Positions 39,301 through 53,470 of a DNA stretch of 64,000 nucleotides are shown in pieces. A program made the translations under genes and the position numbers. The DNA lies in the NCBI RefSeq assembly GCF_037042905.1, contig NC_087251.1, positions 29,018,001 through 29,082,000 of the forward strand. Direction: 5' to 3'. This DNA comes from Lytechinus pictus (Eukaryota). Below the pieces are notes generated by a model. The model did no database searches, was not told the DNA's origin, and saw only the letters and a program-made list of their open reading frames with translations. Numbering within the stretch: position 1 is the stretch's first letter; each line of letters starts with the position of its first letter.

Positions 39301-42300
39301 CAAACCAGCCGTCTTCGCTCCGAGGGGTCTTCTGGCATCCGAATGGGTCAATATACAAAGAATAAAGAAGACCGATTTCAAAAAGATTTTCGGGTCTCTC
39401 GCCCCTCCCGCGACCTGGCCAAATTGTCAGAAATTTAGCAAAATAATTTTTTTCCAAAAAAGCCCCCCTAAACCCCCCCAAACCAGCCGTCTTCGCTCCG
39501 AGGGGTCTTCTGGCATCCGAATGGGTCAATATACAAAGAATAAAGAAGATCGATTTCGAAAAGATTTTCGGGTCTCTCGCCCCATCCGCGACCTGGCCAA
39601 ATTGTCAAAAATTGAGCAAAATAATTTTTTTTCCAAAAAAGCCCCCCTAAACACCCCCAAACCAGCCGTCTTCGCTCCGAGGGGTCTTCTGGCATCCGAA
39701 TGGGTCAATATACAAAGAATAAAGAAGATCGATTTCAAAAAGATTTTCGGGTCTCTCGCCCCACCCGCGACCTGGCCAAATTGTCAGAAATTGGGCAAAA
39801 TAATTTTTTTCCAAAAAAGCCCCCCTAAACCCCCCCAAACCAGCCGTCTTCGCTCCGAGGGGTCTTCTGGCATCCGAATGGGTCAATATACAAAGAATAA
39901 AGAAGATCGATTTCGAAAAGATTTTCGGGTCTCTCGCACTTCCCGCGACCTGGTCAAATTGTCAGAAATTGAGCAAAATAATTTTTTTCCAAAAAAGCCC
40001 CCCTAAACCCCCCCAAACCAGCCGTCTTCGCTCCGAGGGGTCTTCTGGCATCCGAATGGGTCAATATACAAAGAATAAAGAAGATCGATTTCGAAAAGAT
40101 TTTCGGGTCTCTCGCCCCATCCGCGACCTGGCCAAATTGTCAAAAATTGAGCAAAATAATTTTTTTTCCAAAAAAGCCCCCCTAAACACCCCCAAACCAG
40201 CCGTCTTCGCTCCGAGGGGTCTTCTGGCATCCGAATGGGTCAATATACAAAGAATAAAGAAGATCGATTTCAAAAAGATTTTCGGGTCTCTCGCCCCACC
40301 CGCGACCTGGCCAAATTGTCAGAAATTGGGCAAAATAATTTTTTTCCAAAAAAGCCCCCCTAAACCCCCCCAAACCAGCCGTCTTCGCTCCGAGGGGTCT
40401 TCTGGCATCCGAATGGGTCAATATACAAAGAATAAAGAAGATCGATTTCAAAAAGATTTTCGGGTCTCTCGCCCCTCCCGCGACCTGGCCAAATTGTCAT
40501 AAATTGAGCAAAATAATTTTTTTCCAAAAAAGCCCCCCTAAACACCCCCAAACCAGCCGTCTTCGCTCCGAGGGGTCTTCTGGCATCCGAATGGGTCAAT
40601 ATACAAAGAATAAAGAAGATCGATTTCAAAAAGATTTTCGGGTCTCTCGCCCCACCCGCGACCTGGCCAAATTGTCAGAAATTGGGCAAAATAATTTTTT
40701 TCCAAAAAAGCCCCCCTAAACCCCCCCAAACCAGCCGTCTTCGCTCCGAGGGGTCTTCTGGCATCCGAATGGGTCAATATACAAAGAATAAAGAAGATCG
40801 ATTTCAAAAAGATTTTCGGGTCTCTCGCCCCTCCCGCGACCTGGCCAAATTGTCAGAAATTGAGCAAAATAATTTTTTTCCAAAAAAGCCCCCCTAAACC
40901 CCCCCCAAACCAGCCGTCTTCGCTCCGAGGGGTCTTCTGGCATCCGAATGGGTCAATATACAAAGAATAAAGAAGATCGATTTCGAAAAGATTTTCGGGT
41001 CTCTCGCACTTCCCGCGACCTGGTCAAATTGTCAGAAATTGAGCAAAATAATTTTTTTCCAAAAAAGCCCCCCTAAACCCCCCCAAACCAGCCGTCTTCG
41101 CTCCGAGGGGTCTTCTGGCATCCGAATGGGTCAATATACAAAGAATAAAGAAGACCGATTTCAAAAAGATTTTCGGGTCTCTCGCCCCTCCCGCGACCTG
41201 GCCAAATTGTCAGAAATTTAGCAAAATAATTTTTTTCCAAAAAAGCCCCCCTAAACCCCCCCAAACCAGCCGTCTTCGCTCCGAGGGGTCTTCTGGCATC
41301 CGAATGGGTCAATATACAAAGAATAAAGAAGATCGATTTCGAAAAGATTTTCGGGTCTCTCGCCCCATCCGCGACCTGGCCAAATTGTCAAAAATTGAGC
41401 AAAATAATTTTTTTTCCAAAAAAGCCCCCCTAAACACCCCCAAACCAGCCGTCTTCGCTCCGAGGGGTCTTCTGGCATCCGAATGGGTCAATATACAAAG
41501 AATAAAGAAGATCGATTTCAAAAAGATTTTCGGGTCTCTCGCCCCACCCGCGACCTGGCCAAATTGTCAGAAATTGGGCAAAATAATTTTTTTCCAAAAA
41601 AGCCCCCCTAAACCCCCCCAAACCAGCCGTCTTCGCTCCGAGGGGTCTTCTGGCATCCGAATGGGTCAATATACAAAGAATAAAGAAGATCGATTTCGAA
41701 AAGATTTTCGGGTCTCTCGCACTTCCCGCGACCTGGTCAAATTGTCAGAAATTGAGCAAAATAATTTTTTTCCAAAAAAGCCCCCCTAAACCCCCCCAAA
41801 CCAGCCGTCTTCGCTCCGAGGGGTCTTCTGGCATCCGAATGGGTCAATATACAAAGAATAAAGAAGATCGATTTCGAAAAGATTTTCGGGTCTCTCGCCC
41901 CATCCGCGACCTGGCCAAATTGTCAAAAATTGAGCAAAATAATTTTTTTTCCAAAAAAGCCCCCCTAAACACCCCCAAACCAGCCGTCTTCGCTCCGAGG
42001 GGTCTTCTGGCATCCGAATGGGTCAATATACAAAGAATAAAGAAGATCGATTTCAAAAAGATTTTCGGGTCTCTCGCCCCACCCGCGACCTGGCCAAATT
42101 GTCAGAAATTGGGCAAAATAATTTTTTTCCAAAAAAGCCCCCCTAAACCCCCCCAAACCAGCCGTCTTCGCTCCGAGGGGTCTTCTGGCATCCGAATGGG
42201 TCAATATACAAAGAATAAAGAAGATCGATTTCAAAAAGATTTTCGGGTCTCTCGCCCCTCCCGCGACCTGGCCAAATTGTCATAAATTGAGCAAAATAAT

Positions 42301-45300
42301 TTTTTTCCAAAAAAGCCCCCCTAAACACCCCCAAACCAGCCGTCTTCGCTCCGAGGGGTCTTCTGGCATCCGAATGGGTCAATATACAAAGAATAAAGAA
42401 GATCGATTTCAAAAAGATTTTCGGGTCTCTCGCCCCACCCGCGACCTGGCCAAATTGTCAGAAATTGGGCAAAATAATTTTTTTCCAAAAAAGCCCCCCT
42501 AAACCCCCCCAAACCAGCCGTCTTCGCTCCGAGGGGTCTTCTGGCATCCGAATGGGTCAATATACAAAGAATAAAGAAGATCGATTTCAAAAAGATTTTC
42601 GGGTCTCTCGCCCCTCCCGCGACCTGGCCAAATTGTCAGAAATTGAGCAAAATAATTTTTTTCCAAAAAAGCCCCCCTAAACCCCCCCCAAACCAGCCGT
42701 CTTCGCTCCGAGGGGTCTTCTGGCATCCGAATGGGTCAATATACAAAGAATAAAGAAGATCGATTTCGAAAAGATTTTCGGGTCTCTCGCACTTCCCGCG
42801 ACCTGGTCAAATTGTCAGAAATTGAGCAAAATAATTTTTTTCCAAAAAAGCCCCCCTAAACCCCCCCAAACCAGCCGTCTTCGCTCCGAGGGGTCTTCTG
42901 GCATCCGAATGGGTCAATATACAAAGAATAAAGAAGATCGATTTCGAAAAGATTTTCGGGTCTCTCGCCCCATCCGCGACCTGGCCAAATTGTCAAAAAT
43001 TGAGCAAAATAATTTTTTTCTCCAAAAAAGCCCCCCTAAACACCCCCAAACCAGCCGTCTTCGCTCCGAGGGGTCTTCTGGCATCCGAATGGGTCAATAT
43101 ACAAAGAATAAAGAAGATCGATTTCAAAAAGATTTTCGGGTCTCTCGCCCCACCCGCGACCTGGCCAAATTGTCAGAAATTGGGCAAAATAATTTTTTTC
43201 CAAAAAAGCCCCCCTAAACCCCCCCAAACCAGCCGTCTTCGCTCCGAGGGGTCTTCTGGCATCCGAATGGGTCAATATACAAAGAATAAAGAAGATCGAT
43301 TTCAAAAAGATTTTCGGGTCTCTCGCCCCTCCCGCGACCTGGCCAAATTGTCAGAAATTGAGCAAAATAATTTTTCTCCAAAAAAGCCCCCCTAAACACC
43401 CCCAAACCAGCCGTCTTCGCTCCGAGGGGTCTTCTGGCATCCGAATGGGTCAATATACAAAGAATAAAGAAGATCGATTTCGAAAAGATTTTCGGGTCTC
43501 TCGCCCCACCCGCGACCTGGCCAAATTGTCAGAAATTGAGCAAAATAATTTTTTTTCCAAAAAAGCCCCCCTAAACACCCCCAAACCAGCCGTCTTCGCT
43601 CCGAGGGGTCTTCTGGCATCCGAATGGGTCAATATACAAAGAATAAAGAAGATCGATTTCAAAAAGATTTTCGGGTCTCTCGCCCCACCCGCGACCTGGC
43701 CAAATTGTCAAAAATTGAGCAAAATAATTTTTTTTCCAAAAAAGCCCCCCTAAACACCCCCAAACCAGCCGTCTTCGCTCCGAGGGGTCTTCTGGCATCC
43801 GAATGGGTCAATATACAAAGAATAAAGAAGATCGATTTCAAAAAGATTTTCGGGTCTCTCGCCCCACCCGCGACCTGGCCAAATTGTCAGAAATTGGGCA
43901 AAATAATTTTTTTCCAAAAAAGCCCCCCTAAACCCCCCCAAACCAGCCGTCTTCGCTCCGAGGGGTCTTCTGGCATCCGAATGGGTCAATATACAAAGAA
44001 TAAAGAAGATCGATTTCAAAAAGATTTTCGGGTCTCTCGCCCCTCCCGCGACCTGGCCAAATTGTCAGAAATTGGGCAAAATAATTTTTTTCCAAAAAAG
44101 CCCCCCTAAACCCCCCAAACCAGCCGTCTTCGCTCCGAGGGGTCTTCTGGCATCCGAATGGGTCAATATACAAAGAATAAAGAAGATCGATTTCGAAAAG
44201 ATTTTCGGGTCTCTCGCCCCATCCGCGACCTGGCCAAATTGTCAGAAATTGAGCAAAATAATTTTTTTTCCAAAAAAGCCCCCCTAAACACCCCCAAACC
44301 AGCCGTCTTCGCTCCGAGGGGTCTTCTGGCACCCGAATGGGTCAATATACAAAGAATAAAGAAGATCGATTTCGAAAAGATTTTCGGGTCTCTCGCCCCA
44401 CCCGCGACCTGGCCAAATTGTCAGAAATTGGGCAAAATAATTTTTTTCCAAAAAAGCCCCCCTAAACCCCCCAAACCAGCCGTCTTCGCTCCGAGGGGTC
44501 TTCTGGCATCCGAATGGGTCAATATACAAAGAATAAAGAAGATCGATTTCGAAAAGATTTTCGGGTCTCTCGCCCCACCCGCGACCTGGCCAAATTGTCA
44601 GAAATTGAGCAAAATAATTTTTTTCCAAAAAAGCCCCCCTTAACCCCCCCAAACCAGCCGTCTTCGCTCCGAGGGGTCTTCTGGCATCCGAATGGGTCAA
44701 TATACAAAGAATAAAGAAGATCGATTTCGAAAAGATTTTCGGGTCTCTCGCCCCATCCGCGACCTGGCCAAATTGTCAGAAATTGAGCAAAATAATTTTT
44801 TTTCCAAAAAAGCCCCCCTAAACACCCCCAAACCAGCCGTCTTCGCTCCGAGGGGTCTTCTGGCATCCGAATGGGTCAATATACAAAGAATAAAGAAGAT
44901 CGTTTTCGAAAAGATTTTTGGGTCTCTCGCCCCACCCGCGACCTGGCCAAATTGTCAGAAATTGAGCAAAATAATTTTTTTCCAAAAAAGCCCCCCTAAA
45001 CCCCCCCAAACCAGCCGTCTTGCTCCGAGGGGTCTTCTGGCATCCGAATGGGTCAATATACAAAGAATAAAGAAGATCGATTTCAAAAAGATTTTCGGGT
45101 CTCTCGCCCCACCCGCGACCTGGCCAAATTGTCAGAAATTGGGCAAAATAATTTTTTTCCAAAAAAGCCCCCCTAAACCCCCCCAAACCAGCCGTCTTCG
45201 CTCCGAGGGGTCTTCTGGCATCCGAATTGGTCAATATACAAAGAATAAAGAAGATCGATTTCAAAAAGATTTCCGGGTCTCTCGCCCCTCCCGCGACCTG

Positions 45301-48300
45301 GCCAAATTGTCAGAAATTGAGCAAAATAATTTTTTTCCAAAAAAGCCCCCCTAAACCCCCCCCAAACCAGCCGTCTTCGCTCCGAGGGGTCTTCTGGCAT
45401 CCGAATGGGTCAATATACAAAGAATAAAGAAGATCGATTTCGAAAAGATTTTCGGGTCTCTCGCACTTCCCGCGACCTGGTCAAATTGTCAGAAATTGAG
45501 CAAAATAATTTTTTTCCAAAAAGGCCCCCCTAAACCCCCCCAAACCAGCCGTCTTCGCTCCGAGGGGTCTTCTGGCATCCGAATGGGTCAATATACAAAG
45601 AATAAAGAAGATCGATTTCGAAAAGATTTTCGGGTCTCTCGCCCCACCCGCGACCTGGCCAAATTGTCAGAAATTGAGCAAAATAATTTTTTTTCCAAAA
45701 AAGCCCCCCTAAACACCCCCAAACCAGCCGTCTTCGCTCCGAGGGGTCTTCTGGCATCCGAATGGGTCAATATACAAAGAATAAAGAAGATCGATTTCGA
45801 AAAGATTTTCGGGTCTCTCGCCCCACCCGCGACCTGGCCAAATTGTCAGAAATTGAGCAAAATAATTTTTTTCCAAAAAAGCCCCCTAAACCCCCCCAAA
45901 CCAGCCGTCTTCGCTCCGAGGGGTCTTTTGGCATCCGAATGGGTCAATATACAAAGAATAAAGAAGATCGATTTCGAAAAGATTTTCGGGTCTCTCGCCC
46001 CATCCGCGACCTGGCCAAATTGTCAGAAATTGAGCAAAATAATTTTTTTTCCAAAAAAGCCCCCCTAAACACCCCCAAACCAGCCGTCTTCGCTCCGAGA
46101 GGTCTTCTGGCATCCGAATGGGTCAATATACAAAGAATAAAGAAGATCGATTTCAAAAAGATTTTCGGGTCTCTCGCCCCACCCGCGACCTGGCCAAATT
46201 GTCAGAAATTGGGCAAAATAATTTTTTTCCAAAAAAGCCCCCCTAAACCCCCCCAAACCAGCCGTCTTCGCTCCGAGGGGTCTTCTGGCATCCGAATGGG
46301 TCAATATACAAAGAATAAAGAAGATCGATTTCAAAAAGATTTTCGGGTCTCTCGCCCCTCCCGCGACCTGGCCAAATTGTCAGAAATTGAGCAAAATAAT
46401 TTTTTTCCAAAAAAGCCCCCCTAAACCCCCCCCAAACCAGCCGTCTTCGCTCCGAGGGGTCTTCTGGCATCCGAATGGGTCAATATACAAAGAATAAAGA
46501 AGATCGATTTCGAAAAGATTTTCGGGTCTCTCGCACTTCCCGCGACCTGGTCAAATTGTCAGAAATTGAGCAAAATAATTTTTTTCCAAAAAAGCCCCCC
46601 TAAACCCCCCCAAACCAGCTGTCTTCGCTCCGAGGGGTCTTCTGGCATCCGAATGGGTCAATATACAAAGAATAAAGAAGATCGATTTCGAAAAGATTTT
46701 CGGGTCTCTCGCCCCATCCGCGACCTGGCCAAATTGTCAAAAATTGAGCAAAATAATTTTTTTCTCCAAAAAAGCCCCCCTAAACACCCCCAAACCAGCC
46801 GTCTTCGCTCCGAGGGGTCTTCTGGCATCCGAATGGGTCAATATACAAAGAATAAAGAAGATCGATTTCAAAAAGATTTTCGGGTCTCTCGCCCCACCCG
46901 CGACCTGGCCAAATTGTCAGAAATTGGGCAAAATAATTTTTTTCCAAAAAAGCCCCCCTAAACCCCCCCAAACCAGCCGTCTTCGCTCCGAGGGGTCTTC
47001 TGGCATCCGAATGGGTCAATATACAAAGAATAAAGAAGATCGATTTCAAAAAGATTTTCGGGTCTCTCGCCCCTCCCGCGACCTGGCCAAATTGTCAGAA
47101 ATTGGGCAAAATAATTTTTTTCCAAAAAAGCCCCCCTAAACCCCCCAAACCAGCCGTCTTCGCTCCGAGGGGTCTTCTGGCATCCGAATGGGTCAATATA
47201 CAAAGAATAAAGAAGATCGATTTCGAAAAGATTTTCGGGTCTCTCGCCCCATCCGCGACCTGGCCAAATTGTCAGAAATTGAGCAAAATAATTTTTTTTC
47301 CAAAAAAGCCCCCCTAAACACCCCCAAACCAGCCGTCTTCGCTCCGAGGGGTCTTCTGGCACCCGAATGGGTCAATATACAAAGAATAAAGAAGATCGAT
47401 TTCGAAAAGATTTTCGGGTCTCTCGCCCCACCCGCGACCTGGCCAAATTGTCAGAAATTGGGCAAAATAATTTTTTTCCAAAAAAGCCCCCCTAAACCCC
47501 CCAAACCAGCCGTCTTCGCTCCGAGGGGTCTTCTGGCATCCGAATGGGTCAATATACAAAGAATAAAGAAGATCGATTTCGAAAAGATTTTCGGGTCTCT
47601 CGCCCCACCCGCGACCTGGCCAAATTGTCAGAAATTGAGCAAAATAATTTTTTTCCAAAAAAGCCCCCCTTAACCCCCCCAAACCAGCCGTCTTCGCTCC
47701 GAGGGGTCTTCTGGCATCCGAATGGGTCAATATACAAAGAATAAAGAAGATCGATTTCGAAAAGATTTTCGGGTCTCTCGCCCCATCCGCGACCTGGCCA
47801 AATTGTCAGAAATTGAGCAAAATAATTTTTTTTCCAAAAAAGCCCCCCTAAACACCCCCAAACCAGCCGTCTTCGCTCCGAGGGGTCTTCTGGCATCCGA
47901 ATGGGTCAATATACAAAGAATAAAGAAGATCGTTTTCGAAAAGATTTTTGGGTCTCTCGCCCCACCCGCGACCTGGCCAAATTGTCAGAAATTGAGCAAA
48001 ATAATTTTTTTCCAAAAAAGCCCCCCTAAACCCCCCCAAACCAGCCGTCTTGCTCCGAGGGGTCTTCTGGCATCCGAATGGGTCAATATACAAAGAATAA
48101 AGAAGATCGATTTCAAAAAGATTTTCGGGTCTCTCGCCCCACCCGCGACCTGGCCAAATTGTCAGAAATTGGGCAAAATAATTTTTTTCCAAAAAAGCCC
48201 CCCTAAACCCCCCCAAACCAGCCGTCTTCGCTCCGAGGGGTCTTCTGGCATCCGAATTGGTCAATATACAAAGAATAAAGAAGATCGATTTCAAAAAGAT

Positions 48301-50362
48301 TTCCGGGTCTCTCGCCCCTCCCGCGACCTGGCCAAATTGTCAGAAATTGAGCAAAATAATTTTTTTCCAAAAAAGCCCCCCTAAACCCCCCCCAAACCAG
48401 CCGTCTTCGCTCCGAGGGGTCTTCTGGCATCCGAATGGGTCAATATACAAAGAATAAAGAAGATCGATTTCGAAAAGATTTTCGGGTCTCTCGCACTTCC
48501 CGCGACCTGGTCAAATTGTCAGAAATTGAGCAAAATAATTTTTTTCCAAAAAGGCCCCCCTAAACCCCCCCAAACCAGCCGTCTTCGCTCCGAGGGGTCT
48601 TCTGGCATCCGAATGGGTCAATATACAAAGAATAAAGAAGATCGATTTCGAAAAGATTTTCGGGTCTCTCGCCCCACCCGCGACCTGGCCAAATTGTCAG
48701 AAATTGAGCAAAATAATTTTTTTTCCAAAAAAGCCCCCCTAAACACCCCCAAACCAGCCGTCTTCGCTCCGAGGGGTCTTCTGGCATCCGAATGGGTCAA
48801 TATACAAAGAATAAAGAAGATCGATTTCGAAAAGATTTTCGGGTCTCTCGCCCCACCCGCGACCTGGCCAAATTGTCAGAAATTGAGCAAAATAATTTTT
48901 TTCCAAAAAAGCCCCCCTAAACCCCCCCAAACCAGCCGTCTTCGCTCCGAGGGGTCTTTTGGCATCCGAATGGGTCAATATACAAAGAATAAAGAAGATC
49001 GATTTCGAAAAGATTTTCGGGTCTCTCGCCCCATCCGCGACCTGGCCAAATTGTCAGAAATTGAGCAAAATAATTTTTTTTCCAAAAAAGCCCCCCTAAA
49101 CACCCCCAAACCAGCCGTCTTCGCTCCGAGGGGTCTTCTGGCATCCGAATGGGTCAATATACAAAGAATAAAGAAGATCGATTTCGAAAAGATTTTCGGG
49201 TCTCTCGCACTTCCCGCGACCTGGTCAAATTGTCAGAAATTGAGCAAAATAATTTTTTTCCAAAAAGGCCCCCCTAAACCCCCCCAAACCAGCCGTCTTC
49301 GCTCCGAGGGGTCTTCTGGCATCCGAATGGGTCAATATACAAAGAATAAAGAAGATCGATTTCGAAAAGATTTTCGGGTCTCTCGCCCCACCCGCGACCT
49401 GGCCAAATTGTCAGAAATTGAGCAAAATAATTTTTTTCTCCAAAAAAGCCCCCCTAAACACCCCCAAACCAGCCGTCTTCGCTCCGAGGGGTCTTCTGGC
49501 ATCCGAATGGGTCAATATACAAAGAATAAAGAAGATCGATTTCGAAAAGATTTTCGGGTCTCTCGCCCCATACGCGACCTGGCCAAATTGTCAGAAATTG
49601 AGCAAAATAATTTTTTTTCCAAAAAAGCCCCCCTAAACACCCCCAAACCAGCCGTCTTCGCTCCGAGGGGTCTTCTGGCATCCGAATGGGTCAATATACA
49701 AAGAATAAAGAAGATCGATTTCGAAAAGATTTTCGGGTCTCTCGCCCCACCCGCGACCTGGCCAAATTGTCAGAAATTGAGCAAAATAATTTTTTTCCAA
49801 AAAAGCCCCCCTAAACCCCCCCAAACCAGCCGTCTTCGCTCCGAGGGGTCTTCTGGCATCCGAATGGGTCAATATACAAAGAATAAAGAAGATCGATTTC
49901 GAAAAGATTTTCGGGTCTCTCGCCCCATCCGCGACCTGGCCAAATTGTCAGAAATTGAGCAAAATAATTTTTTTTCCAAAAAAGCCCCCCTAAACCCCCC
50001 CAAACCAGCCGTCTTCGCTCCGAGGGGTCTTCTGGCATCCGAATTGGTCAATATACAAAGAATAAAGAAGATCGATTTCAAAAAGATTTTCGGGTCTCTC
50101 GCCCCTCCCGCGACCTGGCCAAATTGTCAGAAATTGAGCAAAATAATTTTTTTCCAAAAAAGCCCCCCTAAACCCCCCCCAAACCAGCCGTCTTCGCTCC
50201 GAGGGGTCTTCTGGCATCCGAATGGGTCAATATACAAAGAATAAAGAAGATCGATTTCGAAAAGATTTTCGGGTCTCTCGCACTTCCCGCGACCTGGCCA
50301 AATTGTCAGAAATTGAGCAAAATAATTTTTTTCCAAAAAGGCCCCCCTAAACCCCCCCAAAC
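33372..50362 (+). repeat. Satellite array B, ~178-bp monomer (~95 copies)
   Basis: Tandem TGTCAGAAATTGAGCAAAATAATTTTTTTCCAAAAAAGCCCCCCTAAACCCCCCCAAACCAGCCGTCTTCGCTCCGAGGGGTCTTCTGGCATCCGAATGGGTCAATATACAAAGAATAAAGAAGATCGATTTCGAAAAGATTTTCGGGTCTCTCGCCCCACCCGCGACCTGGCCAAAT; ORF-track period is 177-180. Confidence 0.98.
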
Positions 50363-50365
50363 ATA

Positions 50366-50401
50366 CGCATGCGCAGCGGAATGGAGTAGGAGCGCCATTT
50401 T
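50366..50401 (+). promoter_or_regulatory. Putative internal promoter motifs at the LINE 5' end
   Basis: CGCATGCGCA (NRF1-like, 50366-50375) and CGCCATTTT (YY1-like, 50393-50401) lie within the first 40 bp of the element. Confidence 0.4.
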
Positions 50402-50533
50402 TGAGTTCTAGTCATGAAATTTTCATAATATGACTTTTATCGTCAGGAACCATTATTTGAGGTAAAGACCGGTTTATTATATCAATATAACATTCGGTGT
50501 ATCATCTGACATATTTTGGGGGATTTTCTCCTC

Positions 50534-51400
50534 ATGAAGAAAGGATACGATCTGAGAAGTAAATCCAGACCCGGTCAACATCAACGCAATACCAGTGCGC
50601 GTGCTAGTGCATCGAGCCAACGCCCACTTCAGGTAGACCCAACGGCGCCACGTAAGCACATGAATGCCGACAACATGCCAGCTATGGAGGCATCGATCGC
50701 GGATCTTCAAAAATCATTCTCCGAGTTCTCTAGTCGGGTATGTGCTAAACTTGATATCATTCACACAGACCTGTCTTCAATAAAGAAAAAAGTATCGGAT
50801 CTAGAAGCGGCTGCTGAAGATAATTCGGTACGAATGCTGAATCTGGAGAAAGAAAAACTGCCTCAATTGGAAAAAAAGTTACAAGATGAGATCGACTCTC
50901 TAAAGGAAAAGCTACTACTATCCGAAATATATCAAAGGAAATCAAATCTCTTGTTTTATGGGTTGGAAAGAAAAGAAAATGAAAATGTTATGAATGTTCT
51001 TCGTGATGCATTTATTTCGCTTGGTTTGAGTGACGAGGAAGCACAGTCCGTAGCCTTGATCAATGCTCACCGTCTCCCATCAACTCGTAGAGCAACCAAC
51101 ACCAACGCACCAGAGCCTATCATCGCCAAGTTTGTTTACATGGCCCAAAGGAATCGGTTGCTATCTGCATTTGAAAGGAGGCCACAACGTCCAGGAAATG
51201 AGCAACCCAGCAAAGCAAGAATCAGTGTTCGCACCGACTTACCCCCAGTGTTGAAAGCTGAGAGAGGAATTCTGGCTGCAAAAGCGTACAAATTCAGGAA
51301 AGAAGACAACCTTTCAACCAAAATAGTTGTTGCCGGCACAAAAGTTATCCTGTACACCAAATCAAAAGAATCAACAGAATGGAAGCGTTACCAAGAATAA
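50534..51400 (+). CDS. LINE ORF1 protein (coiled coil + RRM-type, L1 ORF1/Transposase_22-like), 288 aa from the first ATG
   Basis: Heptad-rich region followed by RKSNLLFYGLE, AHRL, PIIAKF and VRTDLP motifs typical of LINE ORF1 RRM/CTD. The ORF track starts at TTG 50516; the first ATG is at 50534. Confidence 0.85.
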   Translation: MKKGYDLRSKSRPGQHQRNTSARASASSQRPLQVDPTAPRKHMNADNMPAMEASIADLQKSFSEFSSRVCAKLDIIHTDLSSIKKKVSDLEAAAEDNSVRMLNLEKEKLPQLEKKLQDEIDSLKEKLLLSEIYQRKSNLLFYGLERKENENVMNVLRDAFISLGLSDEEAQSVALINAHRLPSTRRATNTNAPEPIIAKFVYMAQRNRLLSAFERRPQRPGNEQPSKARISVRTDLPPVLKAERGILAAKAYKFRKEDNLSTKIVVAGTKVILYTKSKESTEWKRYQE

Positions 51401-51849
51401 AAGAGTAAGAACCCACGATTATTCTTGTTGCCCTAATACTAGAGCAAAGTTGTCTTAAAATAATAATATAATGATCAGCACAAACAATTTTTCCGGAATG
51501 TTCTTCAAATTCTAGTAACTCATATCCTATGTAAAAATCAAACGCCTTAGTTGGATCAAAGCTCACCAACACGGTCATAGGCCTACATACTTTATACACA
51601 GGTGTATGCTGTTTGAATTGCTTACAAGAAGCTAACCTTGTGTTAGTGTCTCTACCAAATATCTGTAATATCGAATTCTTATAGGCCTGGTAGTGTATAA
51701 TCCATATTTTGACATAAACATGGTTTCCAAATCGTTTAGTAAACGAAACACATTTTAATATTCATACAGCTATAATGTAAAGGTTGTAATTTATCCCCCA
51801 AACAAACCAAAACAACAACATCCAAATCTTCATAAGTCCTTCACCTAAA

Positions 51850-53470
51850 GCAAATTAAAAAAAAAAAAAATCTCTGCAATGATTAGTAAACAAAAAATAT
51901 ATATTGTGAGATGCATTCGCCAAAATGTGAGGACTTGTACTAGAATATGAATCTTTTATTTGAAATCTGTCAATTTCTACAGAGATTGCTAAACATAATA
52001 TTATCTTCATACCTTACTATGCACTTATTATGATATCCATTCAGCCAGATGTGCAGATATTATGTGGTTTTGTTGTTTGGGGAAAAGAAAAACTATAAAT
52101 GTCACAATTCATATAGATTGTATAATGGAAGAATATGGAGAAAAAACATTTTGTTAACAAATCAATTTGAATGAATTGAAGATACAGTGTGTATTTCATC
52201 TAACTACATATGAATTTGCACGCGGTTGTATATAGCTTGCTCAAATACATCCGAGTCTGGATCTATCTTTAACTTAAATAGTGACGATTTATGCAGATGT
52301 TAAACACAAGACTATTATAAGTATATAAATCCTTCACTAAATGTGAAATATATATAATCCTAAAATACATCTAATTCAATGTGGAACTTCTGTTTCAAAT
52401 GTGACAATTACTGCAGATATTGTCATCAAAGCATAAGATTATCATTAGTATATAAATCATATCTCACTATATATTATCAGATCCATTCAGCCAAAAGTTG
52501 AAAATATTTGATTGTGTTTTGTTCGAGGAAATTATTAAATGAATTATTTTTGCAAACAACCAAATCTGAATAATTTTACAATATATCGTGAGACTCATAG
52601 ATGTGAATGTTTACACGCGGTTGCATTTTATTAAAATACATTCGATTCATTATCAATCTTTTACTTGGAATGTAACGACTCTGTAGACACTTTTTTTCAA
52701 TCATAACTAAAAAATAAATATGTCATCTTTGTATCAAATATATCTAGCTCCAGTTAAATCTTTTATTTATATGTGATCCGACAATTTATGCAAAAGTTGT
52801 TAAACATTGAACTATCATTAGTATACAAACCATATATACAGTGAGATGCATTTGCCAAATGTGAAGATATGAGGTAATATTTTATCCAAACATATCTAAT
52901 TCTATGTGGATCTAATATTTGAAATTTGTCATTTTCTGCAGATATTTTTTATTAAACATATAAGATTATCATCAATATACAAATTATATTTCAATATACA
53001 TTATTAGATTCAATCAACAACATATGAAAATATTTGGTTGTGTTTTGTTCGAAGGAAAACAACTACCTGTAAGTCTTTATAGAGCTTCAGTTAAATGCGA
53101 TAATTTCTAGATTATCTAGAAGGAAAATATTGAATATATTGTATTGTCTTTGTAAACACCACAATTAAATTTCAATTTCAATATATCATGAGATTCATTT
53201 AGCTAGTTGTGAAAGTGTACGCTAAATCTAGCTCTATGTGAATCTTTCTTTTTTTCATACTGGAGATGCGAAATTTCTGCAGAAATTGTTAAAGAAGTGA
53301 CTACCATTAGTATACTTCATATTTCATCACATATTGTGAGACTCTAATATGAAGACATGTGGATGTATTTTGTAGATCTCGTTTTTTTTTTTTTTATTGC
53401 TGTAGAACTAGAATGTGAAGGTGCACACGCGGATGTAGTTTATTCACCGTGAGCTGATATCAATCTTTTA
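51850..53470 (+). repeat. Old, diverged internal repeats in the LINE inter-ORF spacer
   Basis: Recurring blocks: GTGAGATGCATT(C/T)GCCAAA (~51906, ~52841), ATCCATTCAGCC (~52034, ~52481), CACGCGG (~52219, ~52614, ~53426) and AAGATTATCAT (~52435, ~52962). Confidence 0.65.
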
